DNA from: Octopus vulgaris | Taxonomy: Eukaryota | Reading direction: 5' to 3' | Assembly (NCBI GenBank): GCA_951406725.2 | Contig: OX597817.1 | Location: 70,494,001 to 70,558,000, forward strand | Length of the DNA: 64,000 bases | Shown: one piece after another, positions 39,346-53,729 of the stretch | Position numbering within the stretch: the first letter of the stretch is position 1 | How the letters are laid out: every line of letters starts with the position of its first letter | Notes under the pieces: generated by a model | Databases searched by the model: none | What the model was told of the DNA's origin: nothing | What the model saw: only the letters and a program-made list of their open reading frames with translations | Translations under genes and position numbers: made by a program

Positions 39346-40884
39346 GATATATATAGAGAGAGACACACACACACAAACATTAGTGGGTGAATGAACAAAA
39401 GAAAGCAGTACTCAATACATTTGGTTGTAGTTTAATGTATTTAATAAGAGTTTTACTCAGTTCCACATTGCTTAAAGTTTTGTGATTGTAGGACACATTC
39501 CCCTCATCAAACATTTGAAGACAGGGAAGACAATTTGAAAGAAAATTTTAAATTGTTCCTCTGTATTTAGGCCTCCTTTGGTCAGTTCAAATGATGCGGT
39601 TGTTTTTGTTATAATATCAACATCAGTTATCTGATTATAAGGTCAATGTGGTGGAGCAGACATTTTTTCCATGCTTCCATGAGTGAGGTGGAATTTGTAG
39701 AGGCAGTTTTTCTACAGTTTGACGCTCTTTCGGTTGCCTGTCCTCCTCTGTTTCTAAGCAAGGTTTATAGTTCTCCAAAGCCAGACAAATTTTCACAGAA
39801 GACTGAAAATGAAGGACACTGCTTGTGAGACAGTAACACTTGTTTACAACTAACACATGACTTTAAGACATGTCAAGATATGATGACAAAGAACCATAAG
39901 TACACCAACACACACAGGTACATACACACACTGGGTCTCTTTCAGTTTTCACATCTGCCAAGTTTACTCACAAGGCTCTGGCCAACCTAGAGCCATAGTA
40001 AAAGAAATTTGTGTGATAGAATAGTACACTTAAATGTCCACAGTGTGACTGAAACCAAAACCACATAGTTAGGAAATTACCTTCTTAAACACACAACCAT
40101 GCCAGCACATAATGTACAGCAAAAAAACCTGTTCTACTCTGGCACTTTTCCCTCAAACTTTAACCCCACTTTATTCTTTATTCTGCTAGTGTAAAGTTCT
40201 CCCTCCTCACTAGATGATCATAATTTTACAAGCTGCATGGTGACCTCACTTGTGTTGGTAGCATGAAAAAAAAAAAGCACTCAATACATTCTGTAAATTG
40301 GTTGGCATTTTAGAAAGGGCATCTAACAATAGAAATTATGCCAAAGCAGATACTGAAGCACAATGCAGGCCTTGGGCCCATCAGATCCTGTCACACTATC
40401 CAAATCCATGCCAGTATGGAACATGGACATTAAATGATGATGAAGAAATAGGGGTGGGGGGGTTAGATATTACTCTTCAACAAACAATTTTTTTTAATGT
40501 TAAATTTAATTTTATATTTCATTATTTTCATATATATTCTTTTTTAAACTAGCTCACCACTGTTCAAATTATTTTCTTATGTTTATTCTCAAAACAAATA
40601 TTCTGAAAGACAACATAGGTTAAGAACGTTGTCATATTTGATTGGTTATTGATAAACACAAATAATTGTGTACATACATATATATAAATCATTTATTTTA
40701 CTATCTACAAGTAAAGACTGCCTTATTTTTTTAGTATATCTAAGAGGCTATCAACACACAAATATACATGTGTGAGTGTGTGTGTGTGTGTGCATGCACT
40801 TTTGTACCATATTATATTAGAAATTCAATTATATCTTTTTATCTATATCCAGAACTCAGTCTACTTCTTTATTCCTCTATCGAT

Positions 40885-41060
40885 GTATTTCTCTAGCAAA
40901 TAAAATCATGTCTCTATAAGTACATCTTTTTCTCTGTCCATTTCTCTAGCAAACACTTGTCGTATACATCTATATCCCTCAATCAAACTATTTCTCTAGC
41001 AAATATATGTCTCTCAATCTATCTGTCTTATCTATCTACCTATTTTTCTTGCAAATATAT
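40885..41060. repeat. Degenerate ~52-bp minisatellite
   Basis: TTTCTCTAGCAAA recurs at ~40888, 40941, 40991 and as a variant at ~41045. Confidence 0.6.
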
Positions 41061-42935
41061 CTGTCTATGCTATCTGTCTATATATCTACATCTATTGCTC
41101 AGTCAATCTATTTCTCTATCTATCTCCTCACCACTCAGTCTCAAATCCAGGGGGAAAACTAACTGACTGACCATACCAACAACATAGCTGAAATTACTTC
41201 AGCTAGCCTTGACACTATGTTTGATCTTGTCTAATGCAAACACACCACCTGCTTAACCAGCTACCAACCATTCCAGTGATGAGAAAGTTTATAGAACCTT
41301 GTTTACATCAATCAGGTGATGAGCAGTGAGTGGCTGAGACAATTACGGCTATGTGGTTAAGAATTTTGTTTCACAACTACGTAGTTCTGAGTTCAATTCT
41401 TTGTCAAGCAACTTCTATAATAGCCTCAGGTCAACCACATTTTTATGAATGAAATTTACTGGAAAGAAAAGGATAGATGTTGCTATAGTGGTCTATACTA
41501 AACATAGCCCAGATTAAGCAGACCAAAGATCAAATGTGTTCCAGTCACGACCATCCCATCATAATTATTCATCTAGGACTGACATTATCCAATGTTTCCT
41601 TCCATTTTTCTTAAGATTGTAAGATGTAATCTGAGGGCAATTTAAGTTCTATTTCTAGCAGACTTAACAATCAATTAAAAGCCTCCCTTACTGGCTCAAC
41701 TGGATGGATGTGAATGTTCGTGTGTGTGTGTGTGTGTGGTTGGGGGAAGTCTTTTTTTCTTTTTTTTTTTTGTGGGAGATTAGCAATGTTTAAGATTTTT
41801 GGTATGGCTGAATCTTGCTAGATATTATATATCAGTAATCAGCAAAAGAAAACTTTCTAAATAGGTTATGTATTTCAAACGGTAGCTTCTGTGATCGTTG
41901 CATACATCGTGGAAACCAAATTCCACAAACTGAATTCCATGAGATTATCAAGTTGCTTAGGATGATGAAGAATGGCAAAAATTTTACACACACACACACA
42001 CGCTAACAATAAAATATAGATATATTTATGTGTGGAGGTATGTGTTTTCATGTATACGGATGCGTACATATGTGCTTGAGTTTCTGTGTGTATGTGTTTG
42101 TTCTTTTGTGGATTTATGTATGAGTATTTATTCCTCCTTGTACTTGTGCGATAGAATAGTACACATATCATATAAAGGTATATAATTAAAATACACATCT
42201 GAAAAATTCTTTATGATCCACGAACATTCTTACAAGGAATTTTTTTGCGATTCAGTCCAATCTAGCTCCTTTATATACACCAAATCCAAACTTTGGAATA
42301 AAGAAAAGCATGAAGACAAGGAATATGAATGGAGGCACTGTCAGACACCATCCTCAGGGCACTTCTTTCATAATCTCACTTATGGAATTAAGAATCTATA
42401 CGGCAAGAGATAGGCACTTAAATGTCCACAAATCTCAGCAGAACCTAATTTACTCTCTTATGTTTTTGGCATTAGAAAGGGCATCCAAACATAAAAACCA
42501 TGCCAAAACAGATAGCCCTTCAGCTGGTCAGCACCTATCAAATCGTCCAACCCATGCCAGCATGGAAAACAGACGTTAAATGATGATGATGATGATGTAA
42601 TAATATTAACAACCATCCAAAGAGTTGTAGAAATACAACAAACGCCTTATTGAGAATTTTTTAAAAAGTTTTTCTCCAGTGGTGCCAAAAACAACAAATT
42701 TGAAAGGGTGGTAATTAGAAATGTGCAGCCCCCATCAACTGACTGATGAAATTCAATTAGCGATACTAAATATTAAAACAAAAACAACTGAAAAATAACA
42801 GAATTTCATCTCAAGATACACTGAAGATATAGTAAAAAAAAACTGTAAAACAATTAACTCAAGTACTCAACTAGGTAACCAATTAGCTAATGATACAATG
42901 AAATGGTATTAGTTTAACACTTAAAAATTAGTGTC

Positions 42936-42970
42936 CTTAACATTTCAGATGTTAGTCCTTCTTCAGAAAG
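42936..42970 (-). ncRNA. Degenerate minimal hammerhead-like motif
   Basis: Minus CTTT-CTGAAGA-AGGA-CTAACA-TCT-GAAA-TGTTA-AG; TGTT is consistent with CpG decay of CGTT. Confidence 0.45.
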
Positions 42971-43023
42971 AGAGAGAGAGACAAAAAGTGTGTGTGTGTA
43001 TATAGTGCATGTGAGTGTGAGCA

Positions 43024-43079
<56 letters not shown>

Positions 43080-43579
43080 CACACATACATTATCAGTGTG
43101 TGTGTGTGTGTGTGTGTATTATACTAGCAATACACCCCGGTGTTGCCCGGGTGTTATAACTTACAGCCACATTCTATTATTTGTTCCTTTCTTATGGATA
43201 GAATTGGAACACAAAGAGTATGAAGCAAACAACGGTTTTTTCTAAACATGTTTTCCGGTCATTTCCAGATGAACAATGTTGCAGTTTCCATCTACCAAAA
43301 CCAGTCACAAGTCTGTGATTGACCTAAGTTTATAGTAAAAAACACTTGCCCAAAATGCCATTCAGAGGGACTGAACATGGAAGCATGTGATTGGGAAGCA
43401 AACTTCTCGACCACACAGTCATTCTTGCACCTAATGTGTGTGTGTGTGTGTATGTGTGTGTTACATTTGTTGTTAAGTATTGTGTCCAGCAGAGTTGCTT
43501 CACTTACCTAAAGAGCTCAAAATTGTGCGACCCAACCTTGTTTACGAGGTTATTTTTGTAGTAAAAGAGTTGTTACTCT

Positions 43580-44020
43580 CTTTTCTCTCTTTTTCTTGCT
43601 TCAGTCATTTGACTGCGGCCATGCTGGAGCACCCCCTTTAGTCAAATGAAATCAACCCCAGCACTTATTCTTTGTAAGCCTAGTACTTATTCTATTGATA
43701 TCTTTCGCTGAACCGCTAAGTTACGGGGACGTAAACACACCAGCATCGGTTGTCAAGCGATGTTGGGGGGACAAATACAGACACACAACACACCATATAC
43801 ACACACATACATACATACATACATATATATATGTATATATATATACATATATATATACGACGGGCTTCTTACAGTTTCTGTCTACCAAATCCACTCACAA
43901 GACTTTGGTCGGCCCGAGACTACAGTAGAAGACACTTGCCCAAGGTGCCACGCAGTGGGACTGAATCCGGGACCATGTAGTTGGTAAGCAAGCTACTTAC
44001 CACACAGCCACTCCTGCACC
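43580..44020 (-). mobile_element. SINE family A, full length
   Basis: Reverse complement of the family A sequence. Confidence 0.9.
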
Positions 44021-44705
44021 TGTTGTGCATAAAACATACTTTATTCAGTATCCGAAAGATTATTGAATTTTTTGATACCTCATACATCAAAATCAGCAAC
44101 TCAGTTTTGGAATCCATAAAAAACATACACGTGAGCACACGCACACACATGCACTTTACTTCATGCTCACATAGAACTGTCCTTCTGACTGGCTTTAGAG
44201 TACCTAATTTGCAGATTTCTTACTACCATTAGATTACATTAACTTATATATTCAGAGTATGCCATTTCTATACACACACACAAACACACACATATATACA
44301 CGAGTATTTGTATTGTTGCTGTCTCCTTCCTTTGACATTATGTGATAGTTGTAAACAAGTGAAAACATGTCTGGTTTCCTTACTTAGAAACCAGCAAAGG
44401 ATGGCAACAGAAAGGTCATCTTTAAAAAATTCTGTCCAAACCATGCATGCATGGAAAAGTGGACATTAAAATAATGTTGACATACATACATAAGGCAATG
44501 AGCTGGCAGACCTGTTAGCACACGGAATGAAATGCTTAATGGTATTTTGTCTATTTGTATGATCTCAGTTCAAATTCCACTGAGGTCAACTTTGCTTTTC
44601 GTCTTTTTGAGGTTGATGAAATAATTTCCAGTTGAGCACTGGGGTCGATGTAATCAACAATACCTCAGCCCTAGAGATTCAGACTTGTGCCTATAATAGA
44701 AAGGG

Positions 44706-44710
44706 CATAT

Positions 44711-44741
<31 letters not shown>

Positions 44742-45262
44742 TATATACATACATATACACACACATATAAATACATACATATACACATTCATACACACAT
44801 ACATATACATACACACATATACATACACACAAACATACATGTATAGATACATACACATATTACACACACATATATATATATACATATATATATACATACA
44901 TATAGCTATATATATACATTTATATATGTATATGCATATATATATACACATATACGTGTATATATATATATATATGTTTATATATATATATATATATATA
45001 AATATATATATTCACATACATACATATTCACATACATGCATACATATATATGTATATATACAAATATATACATATATATATAAATATATATATTCACATA
45101 CATACATATTCACATACATACATATTCACATACATGCATACATATATATGTATATATACAAATATATACATATATACACATACATACATACATATATATA
45201 TATACATACACATAGATATATATGTACACACTTACATACATGCATACATATATACATACATA
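44706..45262. repeat. Degenerate (TA)n/(CA)n/(TACA)n array
   Basis: Direct inspection. Confidence 0.9.
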
Positions 45263-46856
45263 ATTATTCAAAGTTGGTTTTTATGGCTGGGCAGAGAGAC
45301 CATTGGGTTTTGCATCTATAAAGTGCTTAGTTGTATTGGTGACTCATCTGAATCAAATGGCCAATGGCACATAACGTCTCTCTATAAATGGAGGTAGAAA
45401 ACACCATGGTTACCTAGTAAACAAAAACTATCAAAATATACAATATGTTCGAGCGTATTTGTTATATAAACACACACATATTTTAATGTGTTTTTTAATA
45501 TACAAGAATGATTCAGAGGCAGTAATGTCCAAAGCAAAATATCTCTTAGTATTTATTTCCATACCTGTTCATCCTACTGTGGTCATCTCTATATTTGATC
45601 CTCTGGAATCATTAACGCTATCTCTAGTAATATACTGGGAAGGGTTCAATAAATGATAAGTATGGCCCTACAAATTCTTATAGCATTGTTTCAGTATAAA
45701 ATATTAAAAAAAAAAAAGAAGGGACATTATACTGGTTTCCATTTCTCAATGGAAAACTCTTACATAATATGCTATGCAATGAGATTGAACCCAAAAGATC
45801 ATGGTATTGAGGCCGATTTTTATAACCATTCAGTCATGCTTTCACCTATAATTCAGTTGGAATTTCTATCTGTTGATTGCTTGTAGGTAAACAAAATATG
45901 AGTAGTGACGGAGATCAAGGTGGTTGTTTGCAGCTCTGGGCATGTCTAGCAGGGAAATGTTCAGTGCAAGTTTTGTAGTGAGAAGCAAGATAGATACACC
46001 ACATACCACACTAAAGATGACAAGAACACAAGAGCAGTAAAATGAATGGGGGGATGGAAGGAAGAACACGATTTGATAGTTCAAGAGAAGCAATAACTGC
46101 AAGTAGAAGAAACAGATTAAAGAAATACGTGTGTCTGTGTGTTTGCAACTACAAGTTTACAAATCAGTCAGATGGCACTCTGTGCTTTTTAATTTTTTTA
46201 GAGGGGTGGTCTTATTTATTTATTTATTTATTTATTTACTGAGAGGTTGGAATGAGATGAAAAAGATAGTATCAACAGCTTTGAGAGCTTATAAAGATTT
46301 AGCTTAGTTCATTAACAACTGTGATTTACAACTAGAAATAGTTCTCTACAGTGCCAGTTACAACTCTTGCTAGTACAAGCCACCAAAAAAACTTTTTAAA
46401 CAGTCTCTTGAGGCAACTGTAGGAGACACCTGCCTAAATTACTACATACTGCGAACAAACATGAAACCACATGGTTGTGGAACAAACTGCTTAATCACAC
46501 AACCATATACATATATATATATGTGTGTGTGTGTGTGAGAGTATCTACATATATGTATATCATCATCACCATCCTTTAATGTCCATTTTCCACATTGGCA
46601 TGGTTTCTATATATGTGTATATATATTTACACACACATTTCGTCTGCTATTACGTTCTGAGTTCAAATTCCGCTGAGGTCGACTTTGCATTTCATTCTTT
46701 TGGGGTCGATAAATAAAGTACCAGTTATGCACTGGAGTCGATGTCAGCAACTTAATCCCTTTGTCTGTCCTTGTTTGTCCCCTCTATGTTTACCCCCTTG
46801 TGGGCAATAAAGAAATAAAAAAAAAAGTAAGAAATATTTACACACACACACATATA

Positions 46857-47629
46857 CAGGGCGTCCCAAAAGTCAACGATGGGTTTCAAAATTTAATAAC
46901 TTTCTTAACTGTACAAATAAATGCATGAAATTTTGATACAATATAAGGAACATAATGGAAATTAATATGCACAAGTCAAATTTTGCAACACATCATATAT
47001 CAAAAATGACATTACTTAAATGGCAGCCATTTTCAGCTTCACATGCCCGCGCACTTTCCAAAACTTGCATCTTAACACCCTCAAGAGTTTCATACCCAAC
47101 TTCTCTGATTTCTTTATTGATGTTCCCCTTCAGTTGCAGCAGGGTCTTCAGTTTTTTTACGTAAATCCTCTCTTTCAGGTATCCATGATTGAGACCTTTT
47201 TGCACCCGGCCATTCAAAGTAGACCTCACACATGGTTCCAGCAAGATGGGGCAACTGCTCATACTGCAAGAGAATCAATGCAGTTGCAATGGCAGTGCTT
47301 TGGAGAGAGAATAATCCTCTGCCACGGCAATATCAACTGGCCTACACGTTCCCCAGACTTGACTCGACTGGATTTTTTTCTTGCAGGGATGACTGAAAGA
47401 GAGGGTTTATGTCAACAAACAGGAGACCCTGGTGCAACTGAAGGAGAACATCAAAAGGGAATTCAGAGAAGTGGGGTCTGAAACTCTTGAGGGGGTTATG
47501 GTGCAAGTTTTGGAAAGAGCACAGGTGTGCAAGCTGAAATTGGCTGCCAATTAAGCGATGTCATTTTTTTATATGTGATGTAGTGATGTTGCAAAATTTG
47601 ATTTGTGCATATTAGTTTCCATTATGTTG
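46857..47629. mobile_element. Tc1/mariner-superfamily relic with transposase C-terminus present in both orientations
   Basis: TA-CAGGGCGTCCCAAAAGT end; plus strand WFQQDGATAHTARES...WPTRSPDLT.LDFF...LKERVY; ~46948-47180 is a diverged reverse complement of ~47390-47629. Confidence 0.85.
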
Positions 47630-48833
47630 TCATCATCGTCATCATCATTACTACTACTACTATCATTATTATTATTATTACTATTCAAGGCTGCAAGGTG
47701 GGAGAATCTTTAGCATGCTGGACAAAATTCTTAGTGGTATTTCATCTGTCACTATGTTCTGAGTTCAAATCCTGCTGAAATCGACTTTGCATTTCATCCT
47801 TTTGGGGTCGATAAATTAAGTACCAATCAAGAACTGGGGTCGATATGATCAACTATCCTCCTACCCATGAGTTCCAAGTCTTTGCCTATAGTAGAAACGA
47901 TCATCATCATCATATATTTCATAAGATTCTAATGAGAGGATTTCGATCACATGCTTAAGTTCATGAAGGATTACAAAAAAGAAACCCAGAAAACAAACGG
48001 AAAATAACACTCCCCACTCCACCTCACAACCAGCCACCATCATCTACAGCAAATTGAATAAAATAATAAATATATAAATTCAATTTGAAACAAAACAAAA
48101 AGAGAAACAGAATATAACACACCCTTGTGAAATATATGTGTGGGTGCATGCATATATATGAGTGTGTGTGTGTGTGTGTGTACACAAACAGAATAAAACA
48201 AACAAAATATTACTTGTTAACAAGATTTAAAGAAAAAGAGAAAAAGAAAAAAAAAAACTATTTCTTTGGTTGGCATGGGAACTGTGTCATGAGCAAAGTT
48301 TCAAAAAGTTTTAGATTTCTATAAATAGATCACAGAATTTCATCACTATGAAATAAACATGACATTGATGATGATGTTGCTAATAATACTAATAATAATA
48401 ATAATAACAACAACAACAATAATGATGGTGATAGTAGTGGTGATGATGACATTGGCACGAGACTACAAATTCTTTTCTTTCCATAATTTATCTAAATTTT
48501 TGGAGAACGTGGAATGCTAGAAATGAGGTAACTGCCTGAACTACCCACAATATACAACTGGTACTTTAAGCTCTTTCTATTCTCTGTCCTGCCTTGCATT
48601 GCTTTGTCCCCCACCATCACTGGAAATATGAAAGGCAAAATACCAACATTGGTGGGATTTTTTAATAAAAAGAACAAAGATTGGAATGTAACCGGCTACT
48701 GTGAAGATATTACATCTTGTCCAATTCTTCAAGTCACTACTCTCCAGTTACTGATTTCTAGCAGAGCCAAAAAGACTTCAAATTTAGAGGATATACATAC
48801 AGTTCATTAGATCAACCCTAGTTTAACAGGTAC

Positions 48834-49240
48834 ATCATCATCATCAAGGTTTGAACAGAATCCTAGTGAAACACAGAACTCTTCACAGTCTTCCAATGTG
48901 GTTTATTTAGGGGATTTTTTTTCTGCCTTCATTTGGCCCCATGTCATCATCAGTTCTTGTACTGTTGATCTCTGCTTGATGATCTTTGGGGTTTTCTACC
49001 TTCCTTTTCCCTACTAGGTTCCAATCCTAAAGTCTGGTCTTACCAAACATAATTTTGGTCTTCTCTTCTTAATGTAAGGCCTACCCATCTTTACTTACAT
49101 TTCGCTATTTGTTGACCAATGGGCTCCTGTTTGATCATGGCCCAAAGATCTTTGTTGCTCACAATTTCTGAATATCTAATGCTCAGCATGTGTTTTTCTG
49201 AACACTTAATTGAAAATGTTTGAAGCTTAATACATATAAA
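48834..49240 (-). mobile_element. Decayed RTE-like LINE 3' end
   Basis: Minus LSIRYSEIVSNKDLW...QEPI..QI..CK*RWVG.TLRR; (GAT)n tail. Confidence 0.65.
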
Positions 49241-50816
49241 GACAGTTTTCGCATTTAATCAACAAGCTTTAAAATGTTGAAAGCTCAATACACATATCCA
49301 AATCTCACTTGAACATTTTCTCTACTTCCATTTACACACACACCACAACTGCTCAATACATATGACATTTCATTTCATTGAACACATAAATTTTGACCAT
49401 TGGCATGCTCTAGTAATAGTAATAACTCTTTCTACTATAGGCACAAGGCCTGACATTTTGGGGGGAGGGGGCTAGTCGATTACATTGACCCCAGTGCTTA
49501 AATGGTACTTATTTTATTAAAGGATACAAGACAGTCGATATAGGCAGAATTTGAACTCAGAACATAAAGCTTGAAGAAATACTATTAAGCATTTTGTCAA
49601 ATGCATTAATGATTCTCCCGGAAGACCCCTCTTCAATTAATAATTATCATAATGGTAATAACTTCTAGTGCCAGCACAAAACCATGCGAGTTGGTTAAAT
49701 TAAGATCCATAATGTAAGAAAAGTGGGAGCAGCCAGGGTCAGCTAAAGTTAATCCATTAAATATGAATTAACTCCAACCAGGTTGATCTGTGCAACCCAT
49801 GCCAACATAGAAAATAAATATAAACAATGATGATGAAGATACTGATATTTGAGACTTTCATACACTTTCTATCTACTAACTTTCACTCACAAAACATGGA
49901 TCAGCCCAAGGTACCACCTAGTGGGACAGAACCCAAAAGCACATGGCTGCTAAGTGAACTTCACAGCAACACACAGCCATGCTTCCATTTCTATGTCAAA
50001 CTTTACCACAAAAACACCTTAAATAATTAATTTCACAAAATTGATCTCATATTTATTTGTTTTTGCAACAATTGCTCACATAATGACTCTATTACCCTCA
50101 TATCACATCTCTGTTGCTACTTCTTGTAGTAGTAGTAGTAGTAGCAGTAGTTTACTAATGTTGCTTCTACTCTCTAATAGTTGACAAAAAGTAGTAAATA
50201 CACATATATAGAATAGCATACACATTTGCATACCCACACACCCACATATATTCACACACATTATACACATACACACAAGAACCAGAATACCAGATGACAA
50301 TAACCATTCCGGTACATTCCTTGTGCTCTTTCAATCTATCCTGAATATTGAATATTCTAAACAATAAAGTCTTTTCACATTTGCAAGCAGCACATAGACT
50401 TTCCTCTCTCTGTTACATATATATTTTTTTTTACCTACTCTAAGACACGTGATGTGTTGCTTATAGAAGAACATTATGATAGAAAGCGATTTACTAAAAA
50501 AGAAAAAAATAAGTAACAATAAATAGACAAATAAATTCCCATCAAATTATTTTATTTCAAATGATTCCTAAAGATATTAATTTCCAAGAAATAATAATTG
50601 AATAATTAAATAAAAAGGTGTATGAATTTATGTGAAGTATGTATACCTCGTTCAGAGATTTATTATTGTAAGAATTTATTTAACATAAAAATTTATAATT
50701 TTCTATCTGCTGTTGTTGGTGTGTGTTTTCTTTCAACATATACATACATCAAAATACAAATTTCTCTCTATTGTATAGTAACATTTGCGTTTCTTTACAC
50801 ATATATGTGTATGTGC

Positions 50817-50855
<39 letters not shown>

Positions 50856-51372
50856 TACATTTATTCATTTATATATGCACACACACATGTATAGAAAAAA
50901 AACATTTTGCAGAGTTATTACCATCATACCTATAAGGTAAAAGATGAAGTTACCATCTCAAATTATACTGACTCACAAGGGCCAGTTTCCCGGTTTTGTG
51001 GTGTATGTATTCCCCACCTGGACAGGACACCGGTCTGTCACAAGATTACTAATTTTTTCCAGCTGAGTGAACTGGAGCAACATGGAATGAAGAGTTTTGC
51101 TCAAGAACACAACACGTTGCCTGTTCCAGGAATCGAAACCACAATCTTACAATCATGAGTCCAATACTTTAACTACTAAGTCATATCATCATACCTATAT
51201 AAAACTGAATAAACAAACATAGTGCATGCATAAGTGTTTCCTCATCATCATTATCCTTACTATTTTACATGTTTTCCCTTCTGACATGGGTTGCACAGGT
51301 TGTCACAGTCCAGGTCATTTCCCTTTCAGAGCAACTGTTTATACAGTGTTCTTGCATATCATCTGTGCTTAA

Positions 51373-51593
51373 CCCTTTAGTGTTCACATTATTCTACCAA
51401 AATTAATCCTTTTTTATCCACATTGTTTTGAACTAATCCTGCATTATCTTGTAGCTATGAGATTTTGATGAGGTAGCTGTTAATTTTTAAGATGATATTG
51501 TAGGGTTGGTGTGAGAGACCAGATCTGGCCAGTTTGAACATAAAACAGGTAGAATACTTTTGGCCGGATATGGCCGGTTTAAATGCTAAAGGG
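51373..51593. mobile_element. piggyBac-type (TTAA) MITE
   Basis: TTAA-CCCTTTAG ... CTAAAGGG-TTAA. Confidence 0.85.
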
Positions 51594-51944
51594 TTAATCT
51601 GCACAGCTGGATGCCCTACCAAATACCAGTCACTTTACAGAATGTACTGGCTAAATTATTTTGTGACCCCCAATGCTAGAGAGATTCAAAGTCCTCCATG
51701 AGTCAGGACTAGAGAACCCTCATAACCCTACACCTTTTCTGCTCATACACAGCCAATCAATTTATAGTGGGAGCAGTAGAGGAAAGAATAATGAAAGAAA
51801 AGCTAGAAATGTGTAGTTCAAAGGAGAGAGAATGCAACAATATCAGAAAGACCAGAGTGGGTGAGAGGATGAAAGGAAGAAGAATATAAGAAGCAGCAGA
51901 AATATGTGGGAGTGATGGTAATAACAGAAATGGTGAAAGGTAAG

Positions 51945-52508
51945 GATGAGTGGCCATATCCAGTCTAAATATTCTACTTATTTTATGCTCAAAGCAGCCA
52001 AATCTAGCCTCTCTCACCTAATCAACAAAGTAATTTGGTGCAAAGAGCACCATCTGAGCGTGATCGTTGACAGAGCAGCTAACTGGCTTTCGTGCTGGTG
52101 GCATGTAAAAGGCACCATTTGAGCATGATTGTTACCAGCGTCGCCTTACTGGTGCTTGTGCCAGTGGCACGTGAAAAAAATATTCAAGTGAGGACGTTGC
52201 CAGTACCACCTGACTGGCCCCTGTGCCGGTGGCACGTAAAAGCACCCACTGCACTCTTGGGTTGGTGTTAGGAAGGGCATCCAGGTGTAAAAACTCTGCC
52301 AGATTAAGATTGGAGCCTGGTGCAGCCATCTGGTTCACCAGTCCTCAGTCAAATCATCCAACCCATGCTAGCATGGAAAGTGGACATTAAGCAATGATGA
52401 TGACGATGATGACATCATTGAAATCTCAAAGCTATGAGATAATGCAGGATTAATACAAAACAATGTCAATAAATAAGCATTACATTTGACTGGATGCTAA
52501 AGAGTTAA
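51945..52508. mobile_element. Second, inverted copy of the TTAA MITE, split by an RTE 3'UTR insertion (~52030-52412)
   Basis: GGCCATATCC...CTCTCAC and ATCTCAAAGCTATGAGATAATGCAGGATT...CTAAAGAGTTAA are reverse complements of parts of 51373-51593. Confidence 0.7.
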
Positions 52509-52732
52509 TGAAAAAAAGGCAGAACTATCTGGATGAAGGCAAGGTAGGCAGGGGAGTGATTTGCAATAGTAAAGATGAACAAAGGTAGAGATGGATGATG
52601 AGATAAAAATGTAAAAAGGTGAGGAGCAACAGAGTGATTGACAATAGTAGAGGTGACAAAAATAATGGTGGGCGATAAAATAAAAGATAGATGAAGATTC
52701 CAGTATGGCTGTGTGGTTACAAAGTTTGTTTC

Positions 52733-52780
<48 letters not shown>

Positions 52781-52813
52781 CATATACACACATATATATA
52801 TATATATATATAT

Positions 52814-52996
52814 ACTCTTTTACTTGTTTCAGTCATTTGACTGCGGCCATGCTGGAGCACCGCCTTTAGTCAAGCAAATCGACCCCGGGACTTATTCTTT
52901 GTAAGCCCAGTACTTATTCTATCGGTCTCTTTTGCCAAACCGCTAAGTGACGGGTGGTTGTCAAGCAATGCTAGGGGACAAACACAGACACACAAT

Positions 52997-53042
<46 letters not shown>

Positions 53043-53207
53043 TACGACAGGCTTCTTTCAGTTTCCGTCTACCAAATCCACTCACAAGGCATTGGTCGGC
53101 CCGGGGCTATAGCAGAACACACATGCCCAAGATGCCACGCAGTGGGACTGAACCCGCAACCATGTGGTTGGTTAGCAAGCTACTTACCACACAGCCACTC
53201 CTGCGCC
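52814..53207 (-). mobile_element. SINE family A
   Basis: Well-preserved reverse-complement copy. Confidence 0.9.
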
Positions 53208-53693
53208 TATATACACACACATTTTTTTATTTGAGTGCTAATCAAGTTATTATTGGTTCCATGTTAAGAGAGGTATATCCCTTAACAATTTTCAAGCTTA
53301 TTGCATGAGATGTTGGTGTTGTTGCAATCATGGATGAGCACATGATAAAATTACAGCATGGTGATCTTATGTTTTCATCCAAGATGGAAATGAACACCAA
53401 TGTCCCATGCAATGGGCTTGAAAATTGCTGAGAAATATATACCTCTCATAACATGAAACCAATTGTAGCCTGGTTAATTCATAAATAAAGAGGACCATCA
53501 TCATCATTGCTTAACATCATCCACCAATGCAGTGTTGAGCACTCATTCTCACTGTTCAATAAGAACATATGTGTGTGTGTGTGTGTGTGTGTGTGTTCAT
53601 CTAAAGTTATATTTAACATGTTTGAATGCATTCCTAGACACATGTAAAAATACATAGGGTTATGAATGACATCACTGGATCATGGGATGTGTG

Positions 53694-53729
<36 letters not shown>

